64,000 bases of DNA from Spirochaetia bacterium (GTDB lineage Bacteria; Spirochaetota; Spirochaetia; CAKZLE01), in contig JAIPFY010000003.1 of the NCBI GenBank assembly GCA_021736385.1, forward strand, positions 9,828-73,827, given 5' to 3'. Under the pieces are notes generated by a model, which did not search any database, was not told where the DNA came from, and saw nothing but the letters and a program-made list of their open reading frames with translations. Both the position numbers and the translations under genes were made by a program. Position 1 is the stretch's first letter. Each line of letters opens with the position of its first letter. Below are positions 29,582 through 39,654 of the stretch, piece by piece.

Positions 29582-30002
29582 AACGACACAGTATACATGT
29601 ATACCAGAAACTGAAACTTTATTCGACCCGGAACGGGGCCTGCGGCGTTTGAAACAGCTCGCTCAGGAGGCATCGGTCCCTCTGATCGATGAGGAGCTTG
29701 CCGTCTTCACGACGCAGGAAGCAGTGCTCACAGAGGGGAAGAACTCTCTTGCCATCGGTGCAGGACCTGCAGAGGGCCCGGTCGATGTGCCTCCTTTTCA
29801 TACAAGAGATCTTGCAGAAGGACCCTATTATTTCTATCAGTTCGCCGACAGCTCAGAACAGGGTATCAGGGGTGCACTGCAGTACAGCCTGCAGGCTCTC
29901 AAGCAGAAGGGGTTCATTCCCTCTTCCGATCAAGTCATCCTGCGCGGTGTGAAAGAAGCCGGTTTCTATGTACTGCAGATCGTCATACCGCTAGAAGACT
30001 AG
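29553..30002 (+). CDS. hypothetical protein
   Basis: About 149 aa with genome-typical codons, fills the gap between two minus-strand genes; no motif recognised. Confidence 0.65.
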   Translation: MKAMKLHLFTTTQYTCIPETETLFDPERGLRRLKQLAQEASVPLIDEELAVFTTQEAVLTEGKNSLAIGAGPAEGPVDVPPFHTRDLAEGPYYFYQFADSSEQGIRGALQYSLQALKQKGFIPSSDQVILRGVKEAGFYVLQIVIPLED

Positions 30003-30008
30003 CGCAGA

Positions 30009-30986
30009 TCAGACCCAGGCATAGAACAGGGGAACAAGGAAGGGGACGATCAGGGTCAGAAGGATCCCATGAGCAAGAGAGAGCGGGACGAAGGCCGCCC
30101 CGCAGCTCTTCTCGATGATGGGCAGCGTGACATCCATACTGGTAGCCCCTCCCACACTGATCGCTGCATGCTTCTTCCCGTAACTTGCAAGCAGGGGTAT
30201 CATCAGAAAGGCGATACTCTCTCTGAAGAGGTTGCTCAAGAATGCGACCGAACCCAGTATGGGATCGCCAAGTTCCGCGATAAGTACTCCTGAAAGAGAA
30301 TACCACCCGAACCCCGACGCTATGGAGAGTGATTCGAACAGACTCACCTCAGAGACGAGAGGGATCAGACACGAGGCCACGAGAGAACCTGCCACGGTGC
30401 CGATCGGCAGCAGGATCGATATCGGGTTCTTGAAGACACTGATCATATCGGTGTTGCTCTGAATCATCTGTACTCCGACCAGGAACAGGAGAACATACAG
30501 CGTCGTATTGGTGATCGAGTCGTTGAACCAGGAGAACAGCGGGGTCAGCAGTGCAAGGACCGCTCCAGCGACCACACAGAGCAGCAGCCGAAGGGGTTCC
30601 TTCAGATGTCCGAGGATCCCGGCACTCGCGGGGACCGGTCCCGGTACCACGGGCTCTGGAGCAGATGCTCCAGCTGCCAGGGCCGGAACCGGACCTTCTT
30701 TCTCACCGGTACGAACCAGGAACCCGAGCAGGATCACCGTGAAGGCACTGCCTGCGACTGTGACTGCTGCAAAAAGGAATGCAAGCTCCCCGATCATGGA
30801 AAGCTTCTCCGTGATATCCTCAATCAGACCGGTTCTGACCCCCATGAAGAAGAGCAGCAGGTAGAGACAGAGGCTCAAAGCCCTGTTTACCAGAGATGTC
30901 CAGGTTCTCGGGATGATGATCCTGGCTGAGAGCATCCCTGCAGCCAGAAAGGCAAACAGGGTCAGAAGGTATATGATCGTTTCCAT
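30009..30986 (-). CDS. LysO/DUF340 family exporter (duplicated domain)
   Basis: LYLLLFFMG, LYVLLFLVG, SGFGWYSLSG, FLSNLFRE, GGATSMDVTLP. Confidence 0.9.
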   Translation of the reverse strand: METIIYLLTLFAFLAAGMLSARIIIPRTWTSLVNRALSLCLYLLLFFMGVRTGLIEDITEKLSMIGELAFLFAAVTVAGSAFTVILLGFLVRTGEKEGPVPALAAGASAPEPVVPGPVPASAGILGHLKEPLRLLLCVVAGAVLALLTPLFSWFNDSITNTTLYVLLFLVGVQMIQSNTDMISVFKNPISILLPIGTVAGSLVASCLIPLVSEVSLFESLSIASGFGWYSLSGVLIAELGDPILGSVAFLSNLFRESIAFLMIPLLASYGKKHAAISVGGATSMDVTLPIIEKSCGAAFVPLSLAHGILLTLIVPFLVPLFYAWV

Positions 30987-31084
30987 ACCGAGAATGTATC
31001 TGATACGCTGCTCTTTATCAACACATACTTGAGCCTTTCGCTATTCGAGGGTATAGTGAGCAACAGTAGGATAAGGAGCATAGG

Positions 31085-32272
31085 ATGATAGAACAACTGA
31101 GTGACACGTTGACGAGAATATCTATTCAAGATAAAGAGATATTCCTGATCGGGACGGCACACGTCTCTTCTGACAGTGTCAAAGAGGTGAAAGACTTCAT
31201 TGCGAATGAAGCTCCGGATCGAGTATGTCTGGAACTGGACCCGGGCAGATATAAGAATATGATGGAAGGGCAGTCCTGGGAGAATGTCAATATCCAGACT
31301 ATCATAAAGAAGGGACAGGGGTTCTTCCTTCTGGCAAACCTTGCCCTCTCCTCCTTTCAGAAGAGGATGGGAGCACAGACCGGGGCAGCACCCGGAGAAG
31401 AGATGAAGATCGCCGCCCTCGCTGCACAAGAAGCAGGTATCCCCTATTCCCTGTGCGACCGTGATATTCAGATCACCCTGCGCCGTGCCTGGCAGAAATC
31501 TTCATTCTGGAACAAGATGAAGATGCTGGGGGTTCTGATCTCTGCGGCATTCTCTCGCGAGGAACTCAGTGAACAGGATATAGAAGCTTTGAAAGAACGA
31601 AGTGCCCTCAGCGGGATGATGGAAGAGTTGGCACAGGAACTTCCTTCAGTCAAAGCGGTGCTGATCGATGAGAGAGATCAGTATCTTGCTACCAAGATCT
31701 TTCTGGCTCCCGGGAAAAAACTGGTCGCTGCCATCGGAGCAGGTCATGCACCGGGGATCGCAGCTGCCATCGAACGACTTGCCGCCGGGGACCAGCAAAC
31801 CGATCTGTCAGAACTGAAGACCCTGCCGAAAGCTCCCAGATTCAACAAGTTCCTCCCCTGGATCATTCCTGCTGTAGTCATCTGCATGATGGCCTACGGG
31901 TTCATCAATGCCGGATGGAATCAGGGTTTGAAGATGTTCTTCTACTGGTTTCTGGTAAATGGTATTCTCTCGGGGATCGGGGCCATCATAGCCCTCGCAC
32001 ATCCTCTTACCGTCCTGCTGTCAGTACTGCTGGCACCGTTCACGTCACTCAACCCGACCATCGGAGTCGGGATCGTCGTCGGCATGGTAGAAGCGTCAGT
32101 CCGAAAACCGCGTGTCTACGATTTCGATCATATCAATGAGGATATACTCTCTATTAAAGGTTTTTATGCAAACAGAGTGACGCATGCGTTGATCGTCTTC
32201 TTCTTCACGAGCATCGGCAGCACGATCGGAACCTTTCTTGCCTTCCCGTTCCTCGTATCACTCATGGCCTAG
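31085..32272 (+). CDS. TraB family protein
   Basis: IFLIGTAHVS, VCLELD, PGEEM, CDRDIQITLRR, LIDERD, IGAGHAPG, C-terminal TMs with TSLNPTIG. Confidence 0.92.
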   Translation: MIEQLSDTLTRISIQDKEIFLIGTAHVSSDSVKEVKDFIANEAPDRVCLELDPGRYKNMMEGQSWENVNIQTIIKKGQGFFLLANLALSSFQKRMGAQTGAAPGEEMKIAALAAQEAGIPYSLCDRDIQITLRRAWQKSSFWNKMKMLGVLISAAFSREELSEQDIEALKERSALSGMMEELAQELPSVKAVLIDERDQYLATKIFLAPGKKLVAAIGAGHAPGIAAAIERLAAGDQQTDLSELKTLPKAPRFNKFLPWIIPAVVICMMAYGFINAGWNQGLKMFFYWFLVNGILSGIGAIIALAHPLTVLLSVLLAPFTSLNPTIGVGIVVGMVEASVRKPRVYDFDHINEDILSIKGFYANRVTHALIVFFFTSIGSTIGTFLAFPFLVSLMA

Positions 32273-33634
32273 GGCCTCGATGACATCTATGATCGTGTGG
32301 CACAGTATCAGATCCATGCCTCCCTTCTTCGCATGCGTACAGGGTCGTTTGGTATCTGCTGCCGGCCCGATCATGGTGAGAAACCCCATTTCCGCAGCAG
32401 TCTTCACTCTCTGTTCCATATGCTGCACACGACGGACCTCCCCGGCCAGACTCAGTTCTCCCACAGCCAGCATGTTCCCCGATAATCTGGTACCTGTCAG
32501 AGCAGAGTAGAGTGCAAGGGCGAGCGGCAGTTCTATCCCGACCTCATTCAACCTGATACCACCGGCTACATTCACATAGATGTCACAGGAAGAGAACGAG
32601 AGACCCAGGTGTTTCTCCAGTACGGCTGAGATCCGTGACACGCGTGCAGTATCGATCCTGTCAGAATAGACTCTGCTGTACCCGCTTTTTGAGGCTACTG
32701 TCAGAGCCTGGATCTCCACCATGAAGGTCCTGGACCCTTCGAACACAGCAGCTGCGATACTGCCGGCAGGTACCTCTTCTTCTCGTTGTCCCAGAAAGAA
32801 GGCCGCCGGATCCCCGACAGGGGTCAATCCGGTGTCGTTCATGGTAAAGACCCCGATCTCGTCAACAGAGCCGAAACGGTTCTTACTCGCCCGTATGATA
32901 CGAACACCGGTAGCCGCCTGCTCGAAGTTGATCACCGTATCTACCATATGCTCTATGACTTTCGGTCCGGCAATGATCCCGTCTTTCGTCACATGTCCGA
33001 TGAAGAAGATCGCAGAGCCTTGCTGTTTCGCCCAATCGATCAGTTCCATACAGGTATACTTGATCTGATTCGCAGAACCCGGTATCGGACCGAGCTGTTC
33101 ACTGAAGAGGGTCTGTATGGAATCGATGATGACCAGCTGCGGTCGCTTGTGTCTGAGGAGCTGTTCGATATGTTCCAGATTCGTATCATGGAGCAACTCG
33201 ATCTGCCCCAGAGGAAGATGCAGACGCTCAGCACGCAGTTTGATCTGTACCGGCGACTCCTCACCTGAGATATACAGAGAAGAGGTGATAGAGGCACTGC
33301 TGAGCAGCTGGAGCATCAGTGTCGACTTCCCTATCCCCGGTTCACCACCGATAAGGATCGCACTGCCCTGCATAATCCCACCGCCAAGCACTCGATCAAG
33401 TTCTGATATGCCTGAGGAGCTCCTGCTGGCACCGGAGGTCACGACATCTCCGAGTCTGACAGGTCTCGCAGCGTTTGAGTTCTTCTTCTTGGAAACAGCT
33501 TGTGTGCCGGTCGCCACAGCATGTTCGGCAAACGTGTTCCAGGCGCCGCAGGAGGGACATCGTCCCATCCATTTCGACTCCTGGTGGCCGCATTCTGAAC
33601 AGCTGTAGATGACCTTGTCTTTTTGTTTAGCCAT
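32258..33634 (-). CDS. radA: DNA repair protein RadA/Sms
   Basis: CSECG...KWMGRCPSCGAWN, GGEPGIGKSTL, YISGEES, IDSIQT, KNRFG. Confidence 0.97.
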   Translation of the reverse strand: MAKQKDKVIYSCSECGHQESKWMGRCPSCGAWNTFAEHAVATGTQAVSKKKNSNAARPVRLGDVVTSGASRSSSGISELDRVLGGGIMQGSAILIGGEPGIGKSTLMLQLLSSASITSSLYISGEESPVQIKLRAERLHLPLGQIELLHDTNLEHIEQLLRHKRPQLVIIDSIQTLFSEQLGPIPGSANQIKYTCMELIDWAKQQGSAIFFIGHVTKDGIIAGPKVIEHMVDTVINFEQAATGVRIIRASKNRFGSVDEIGVFTMNDTGLTPVGDPAAFFLGQREEEVPAGSIAAAVFEGSRTFMVEIQALTVASKSGYSRVYSDRIDTARVSRISAVLEKHLGLSFSSCDIYVNVAGGIRLNEVGIELPLALALYSALTGTRLSGNMLAVGELSLAGEVRRVQHMEQRVKTAAEMGFLTMIGPAADTKRPCTHAKKGGMDLILCHTIIDVIEALGHE

Positions 33635-33646
33635 CAGCAGGTATAA

Positions 33647-34594
33647 CTAGAAATCAATGAGTTCTACTTCAAATACCAGATAGCTGTTCGGGGGGATCAC
33701 TCCGGGGTAGCCCCGCTGCCCGTAACCGAGTTCAGGGGGGATGATCAGCGTCCGCTTCTCACCTTTATGCATCTGCTGAAGTGCTTCGTTCCACCCTTCG
33801 ATCACCTGTCCGATAGCGAACTGTGCACTCTCACCCCGCTTGACCGAGCTGTCAAATACCTGCCCGTTCATCAGACTGCCGGTATAGTGTACCGTGACTG
33901 ATGTCCCGAACGATGGTGTTGCATCTCCGGTCCCTTCCTGCATCACCACATGACGCAGACCGGTATCTGAACAGACAGCATCCGGCCATCTGTTCTCTAT
34001 CTCAGCTATCACCTTCTGTGCAGCAGCTTTCTGCGCTCGGGCGGCAGCATTCTTGAAATCAGCGAGGCTAGCCTCGAAGGACTCCTTTGAGACCTGGAAC
34101 GCTTCTGCTTCAGCACCTACACGGATGATCTCCACCTTATCGATCCTGTCTCCCTGTACGACGGCGTTGACCACATCAAGGCCCTCTACCACACGTCCGA
34201 AGACGGTGTGTTTATCATCAAGCCAGGGAGTCGCTGTATGGGTGATGAAGAACTGACTGCCGTTCGTGTTCGGTCCGCTGTTCGCCATCGAAAGGACCCC
34301 AGGCCCGTCATGTCGTAACGAAGAGTCGAACTCATCAGGGAACGCATAGCCCGGGCCGCCGGTTCCAGTGCCCTTGGGACATCCGCCCTGGATCATGAAA
34401 TCGGGAATCACCCGATGAAAGTTGAGTCCATCGTAGAACGGCTCCTCAGGGCTTTCCCTGTTCAAAGAACCCTCTGCGAGCCCGATGAAGTTGGCGACGG
34501 TGACCGGTGTCTTGTCAAAACTCAGTGAAAGTAAAATATTTCCTTTTTCTGTAACTAATTGCGCATAGATTCCATGTTCGAGTCCCTGTTTCAT
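33647..34594 (-). CDS. dual-domain peptidyl-prolyl isomerase (cyclophilin + FKBP)
   Basis: [42 protein letters not shown]; then [33 protein letters not shown]. Confidence 0.95.
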   Translation of the reverse strand: MKQGLEHGIYAQLVTEKGNILLSLSFDKTPVTVANFIGLAEGSLNRESPEEPFYDGLNFHRVIPDFMIQGGCPKGTGTGGPGYAFPDEFDSSLRHDGPGVLSMANSGPNTNGSQFFITHTATPWLDDKHTVFGRVVEGLDVVNAVVQGDRIDKVEIIRVGAEAEAFQVSKESFEASLADFKNAAARAQKAAAQKVIAEIENRWPDAVCSDTGLRHVVMQEGTGDATPSFGTSVTVHYTGSLMNGQVFDSSVKRGESAQFAIGQVIEGWNEALQQMHKGEKRTLIIPPELGYGQRGYPGVIPPNSYLVFEVELIDF

Positions 34595-34618
34595 GTATAT
34601 TCCCCTGCTGGTGAAGAT

Positions 34619-35515
34619 CTAACTGAAGAGATCTTCTTTCTTTGATATGAGTGTATAGATCCGTTCCAGATCATCTGAAGAGTAGAAAGCTATCTCTACA
34701 GAGCCTTTCTTCAAGCTGCCTTTAATATGCACTTTTGAGCCGCAGGCATCAAGGAATTTCTCTTCGATAGCAGCAACTTCCGGTGATCGGTGCTTGATGG
34801 TACGTTTCTTCTTGCTGCTTGCAGCTCTCTGCCCCTTGTTCATATCCTGTGCCATCTGTTCAGCCTGGCGTACAGAGAGGTGCTCGATGATGATCTTATT
34901 GTGCAGGATGGTCTGTTCTGCCGGGTTGATCACAGACATGATCGCACGGGCGTGTCCTGCCGTGATCGCCTGACTGATCAGTGAGTTCTGCACCTGCTTC
35001 GGCAGACTGAGCAGTCTGACACTGTTCGCGACTGTTGACCGTTTCTTGCCGACCCGAAGTGCAAGCTCTTCCTGATTGATCTTCGCCCGATCCATCAGGT
35101 ACCTGAAAGCCTTAGCTTCTTCGATAGCGTTCAGATTCTCTCTCTGGATGTTCTCGATCAGGGCAACTTCCAGTCTCTGGCCTTCAGTGAAGTTCTTGAT
35201 CACTACGGGGATGTCTTTCATCCCCGCAAGTTTTGAAGCTCGGTATCGTCGTTCACCAGCTACGACCACATAATAGTCTCCCTGCCGTTCGACTATGATC
35301 GGCTGAAGGACTCCCTGATTCTTGATCGATTCTGCAAGCTCTTTGAGCGACTCGATATCAAAGCTCTTTCGCGGCTGACCAGGATTCGGTATGATCGCAT
35401 CCAACAGGATCCTCTCGATCCTGTCACCAGACTTGTTGGTATCTTCTACGATGTCATCAAACGTATAATCACCGATCAACGAGTTTATCCCTTTTCCAAG
35501 ACCTCTTTTAGACAC
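34619..35515 (-). CDS. parB: chromosome partitioning protein ParB/Spo0J
   Basis: GLGKGINSL, NPGQPRK, GVLQPI, VAGERRYRA (CTPase GxxR), ENIQRENLN, HTH. Confidence 0.97.
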   Translation of the reverse strand: MSKRGLGKGINSLIGDYTFDDIVEDTNKSGDRIERILLDAIIPNPGQPRKSFDIESLKELAESIKNQGVLQPIIVERQGDYYVVVAGERRYRASKLAGMKDIPVVIKNFTEGQRLEVALIENIQRENLNAIEEAKAFRYLMDRAKINQEELALRVGKKRSTVANSVRLLSLPKQVQNSLISQAITAGHARAIMSVINPAEQTILHNKIIIEHLSVRQAEQMAQDMNKGQRAASSKKKRTIKHRSPEVAAIEEKFLDACGSKVHIKGSLKKGSVEIAFYSSDDLERIYTLISKKEDLFS

Positions 35516-36266
35516 GTTCTACCACCTCTTTCGCGAGTTTCTTATAGCTCACAGCGCCGGCACATCGGGGATCATACAGATTGATAGGCAAACCATGTGA
35601 AGGTGCTTCTGATAATCGTATATTTCTCGGGATATAGCTGCTGAAGACTTTTTCTTTGAAATACCCAACCACTTCACTGACGACATCATTCGCCAATCGT
35701 GTCCTGGCATCATACATAGTGAAGACGATACCAAGAAGACTGAGGTCCCGATTGAGATTCTTCTGGATGTTCTTGATGGTCTTCATCAACATGCTGAGCC
35801 CCTCAAGAGCGAAGTACTCACACTGCAGCGGAACGATCACGAAGTCTGCAGCCACAAGACCATTGAGCGTCAGGATACCGAGCGAGGGTGGACAATCTAT
35901 GATGATATAATCCCACTCATGCACCACCTGGTCCAACTGCTTCTTCAGATAGTACTCATTACCCTGAACGTGGGACAGTTCCACATTCGCTCCGGCCAGA
36001 TTGATGTTCGATCCGACTATGAACAGATTATCCACAGGGGTCTTCTGCACCGCTTCGAACAGTGAGACATCACCGCTGATCACCTCGTAGATACCATCAA
36101 GTTCATCATCAGCACCTACCGCACTGGTCATATTACCCTGTGGATCAAAGTCTATCAGCAACACCTTTTTGCCCGCATCAGCGAGATATGCCCCGAGATT
36201 CACAGAAGTCGTAGTCTTACCTACCCCACCCTTCTGATTTGCGAATACGATTTTTTTTGCTACCAT
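35508..36266 (-). CDS. parA: chromosome partitioning ATPase ParA/Soj
   Basis: NQKGGVGKTT, IDFDPQGN, IDCPPSLG, IPRNIRLSEAPSHG; overlaps parB start. Confidence 0.97.
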   Translation of the reverse strand: MVAKKIVFANQKGGVGKTTTSVNLGAYLADAGKKVLLIDFDPQGNMTSAVGADDELDGIYEVISGDVSLFEAVQKTPVDNLFIVGSNINLAGANVELSHVQGNEYYLKKQLDQVVHEWDYIIIDCPPSLGILTLNGLVAADFVIVPLQCEYFALEGLSMLMKTIKNIQKNLNRDLSLLGIVFTMYDARTRLANDVVSEVVGYFKEKVFSSYIPRNIRLSEAPSHGLPINLYDPRCAGAVSYKKLAKEVVERV

Positions 36267-36360
36267 GAACGTCAGTATAAGTTAAAAGCATACACATGTC
36301 ATCAACTTTTTCTTGACCAAAGATATTTCTTCATGTATTTTTCTATGACAAGGAGTTACT

Positions 36361-36582
36361 ATGGAAGACAAAGTCAAGAATGCTATAAATGATATCCGTC
36401 CATCACTACAGAATGATGGCGGTGATATCGAATTCATCAGCCTCAAAGATGATATCGTCACCGTACGTCTGGTAGGAGCCTGTGCAGGCTGTCCGATGTC
36501 TCAGATGACCCTGAAGCAGGGCGTCGAGAGATATCTGCGAGAGACCGTCTCACCTACGCTCGAAGTCGTCTCACTCAACTGA
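36361..36582 (+). CDS. NifU family Fe-S cluster protein
   Basis: IRPSLQNDGGDIE...LVGACAGCPMSQMTLKQGVE. Confidence 0.93.
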   Translation: MEDKVKNAINDIRPSLQNDGGDIEFISLKDDIVTVRLVGACAGCPMSQMTLKQGVERYLRETVSPTLEVVSLN

Positions 36583-36593
36583 CCAGAGTCGAT

Positions 36594-36609
36594 TGTTTCA
36601 CGTGAAACA
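36594..36609. promoter_or_regulatory. parS site
   Basis: Perfect palindrome TGTTTCACGTGAAACA (extends to 18 bp) matching the canonical chromosomal parS, about 330 bp from parA. Confidence 0.93.
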
Positions 36610-36641
36610 ACGCAGTCCTCTACCCATGGGGACTGCGTTTT
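36609..36641 (+). terminator. intrinsic terminator after nifU
   Basis: 10-bp stem AACGCAGTCC/GGACTGCGTT followed by TT. Confidence 0.75.
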
Positions 36642-39596
36642 CATGTATACGTACAGGCCAGACTCAGCTTGACCATCTTCAGCTGTAAAGCGCTGACTTG
36701 GACAGTATCCATTCAAGACAGCACACAACTCCAGGCAGATCCCCTTCGGGAACATCCCTGATAGCAGACACTCGAATTGTTCACAGGAATGGTATCACAA
36801 GGGGTTTCCTAGATCTGCTCGAATCACCGGGGATATGTGTGACGATGACGATACTACCACGTGAGGTTCCTGTGTTCGGGCGGTTTGTCAGTGATACAGA
36901 TCCTTGGATCATGAAGCGCCGATACCCTCCTTCGCAGAAGACAGAGATACGCTCAGAACAGGAGGTGCAGGCCCTGCTCACAACGCTGCCCAACACATCT
37001 TGATCCGACAAGCTCATTCAAACTGTACCGCAAAAGAAGGAGAGTCCTGAACACCTCAGCAATACCTGATCGCATCCTCCCCTGCAGAAGATCTGACCAG
37101 TCTTCCCGACAGAGGAGATTCCAGCCCCCTGTCCCTGTTGAAGCAGACTCTGTTGTTCAACGATTCAGTACCATTCTCATCGCATAGGATACTGTCACGA
37201 TTCTCTTCTGATACTTCTGCACACCTCCTGATCACTGCCTGTGACAATCATAACGCAGAATCATCCAGAACAGATGCGACAATCCATGTTGTAAGAATGA
37301 AGAGAGCCCGACCTCTCCAATTCGAAACACCGACCCGATATGGTGATAGACAACCTGCCATACACCACCCTGCATGCAAAGATGGCGAACGCACGTGCTT
37401 GCCGGTCACATACCTCTTGTGGCTGTGCTTCCTTATCGTACTCACAAAGTGCTCTCCATGATCACAACAGTTCTCGTCTTTCCACCTTCTATGATCGCAG
37501 ATAGAAAAACTCCTGATCAGCTGCAGATGAGACCACCGTAAGTCGCATATTCCAAGTTCTCACAAATCGGGAGGTTTCCCAGAAGGGTCTCACCTTATGC
37601 ATGCGTATATCGTGAGTGTCTGCTAAAGTGCCTGGAAGAAACCAGGTCCCTGAACCTATTCAGACCAGAGGATTACCCTGCGCTTCATCTCCATACCGCA
37701 CGATGGATGAACACGGCCACTTCGGCATACAAGACAAAAATGCTTTATAGATCCTCCATATTCCATAGACCCTGCAGGTGCCATCTGCTGCTGAGGAGTC
37801 TATCACCGGACATCAGCAGAAAACTGCAGCATAGTATTCGACTTGATACGAAACAGCAGGTAATCACTCGATCAGAAGCACAGCCTCACAGACCAAGCGA
37901 TACTATGATAGAAGAGAAGGTACATGATACATTCAGGCGACTGAAGGACCGGTTCCATACAAACGGTACAGGGATTCGTTCTGAAGAATCTGGTGACCCT
38001 CATGCGTGAGATCGTCTCGACCGGCAAGCTGGGTCAAAGCCCTGTGATGGACCCATGCGTCCGTCACTGCAGATTCACACAGGTGAGCAGCAGGATGTCG
38101 ATCCCACACCGATCATCAGAATATACTCCTGCAGGAATGGGCAGAAGATGAACATCCGCACACGAGAGCACCAGTTTCCGTGTATTCAGTACCCCTCAGA
38201 TCTGTGATACGGTACAGCCGTTCTCACCAACAGAACTGCTACCTCCTCATCATTCACGATTGCCTTCAACAGCTTCTCATCAAACCATTCCGGTGTCACG
38301 AACAGTTCCTTGGAGTTTTCTTCACGTCCAGCATGACAAAGGTGAACTTTCCCCACGTCTCATGTTCAATACTGTCACTGAATGATCTGAAATACCAGGA
38401 TCGATATCCCAACCATTCAGGCAGTCTTCTTATAAAAACTGTACGATAAGGACAGTCAGGTTTCGAACAGGGGACCTGTCTACAAGGAGTGCTATAACCG
38501 GTCATCATCAGATCGCTGGATGAAGAGAATCATGAAGGTTACAGGATCAAGAGCTGCCACGATGGACCGCTTACAGTTCACCCGTGACCATGAGAGCCCA
38601 AGCACATGGAGGGAACAAACACCGAAGCCGAAGACTCAAAGAGACCACCTGGTCCGGTATCTGAATTACGGATTCCAGTTCATGCACCATGCACAGCGAA
38701 GTCATATCACCAGAAGTTTTTTGCTGCAGTCCTGGTACATTCTCTACATACGGGAAAGCTGTTACGTGCAGTATACCGGATCAAGGTCGATACTACGTCG
38801 ATACGCACATGTGGTAGTTAGACAGACAGCAATGAGTTGCTGCACACTTACGTGCTGCATGAGGCCGGACTTCCTTGCGAGAGTCTTTTTTTCCAGGAGC
38901 CTGAACTCATGTGATGAGAGAAACTGGTATAGCTGGTTCAGCAGCAGGCAAGACACATCGTTGAAGGAAGATTGTCTTCTGAGTCACTACCAGCACCGAT
39001 CGAAAATCCTTTCACGTGTCATACGTATTTATGCACAAGTAATCCACAACCAGTATCAAGCATTCAGCAAGGTATTCATCAGATGCTCAGTGTGATCCAT
39101 CTTTCATGACATAGGCGTTTTCTGTATATAGAACATACATTTTCCGGGACCCATACGTCTCAACCCCTCAGTTCCGGCAAAGAGATCCGCTCAAGGGTCG
39201 TGTGCTTTTTGATTCTTTGCGATACTTATGCACAACGAGACAACAACACAGAGGCATCTTCTGACAAGGCCGAACGGATTTTTCAGTCGCGTACAAAGAC
39301 CTTCTCATAGTGTGAAGCTCACAAATCCCGGTCATATCTGACATCCTTGATGGTGCAGCAGGATACTGTACCATCAAGTTCGGCACGTGGATCGTTGAAG
39401 ATATTCTGATTCAGCCAGTCTCTTCTCACTCCGTATCAGTATCTGCAAACACGGTCTTCCTGATACGTGGGCTGTACATCAAACCATCAGAGGTCCTTCG
39501 AGCAAGACTACTTCAAAGGATATTGCGAATACGAGACAACTCTGTTGTTGATCTGAGCAGCCCACTGTCCCGAAAGAACTGCAGTCGCAGAAACAG

Positions 39597-39631
39597 ATCA
39601 GGGGCTGATCTACAGATGACCAGCCCCTGAT
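39597..39631 (-). terminator. intrinsic terminator after gyrA
   Basis: 11-bp stem ATCAGGGGCTG/CAGCCCCTGAT; minus-strand tail CTGTTTC. Confidence 0.7.
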
Positions 39632-39647
39632 TGTTTCACGTGAAACA
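39632..39647. promoter_or_regulatory. parS site
   Basis: Second perfect TGTTTCACGTGAAACA (extends to the 20-bp palindrome ATTGTTTCACGTGAAACAAT), 7 bp from the gyrA stop codon. Confidence 0.93.
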
Positions 39648-39654
39648 ATAGACT

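Noticed and set aside
39009-39024. Partial parS-like CCTTTCACGTGTCATA, and similar CACGTG cores at about 36858 and 52086
   Set aside because: Only about 8-10 of 16 positions match and one half-site is broken; CACGTG cores are expected by chance.
38520-39095. 191-aa ORF, the longest in the desert, plus the 70-107 aa ORFs at 36698-38449
   Set aside because: Composition is rich in Arg/Ser/Cys/His, with no RBS or motif recognised, so they were not called as genes. A homology search could overturn this.
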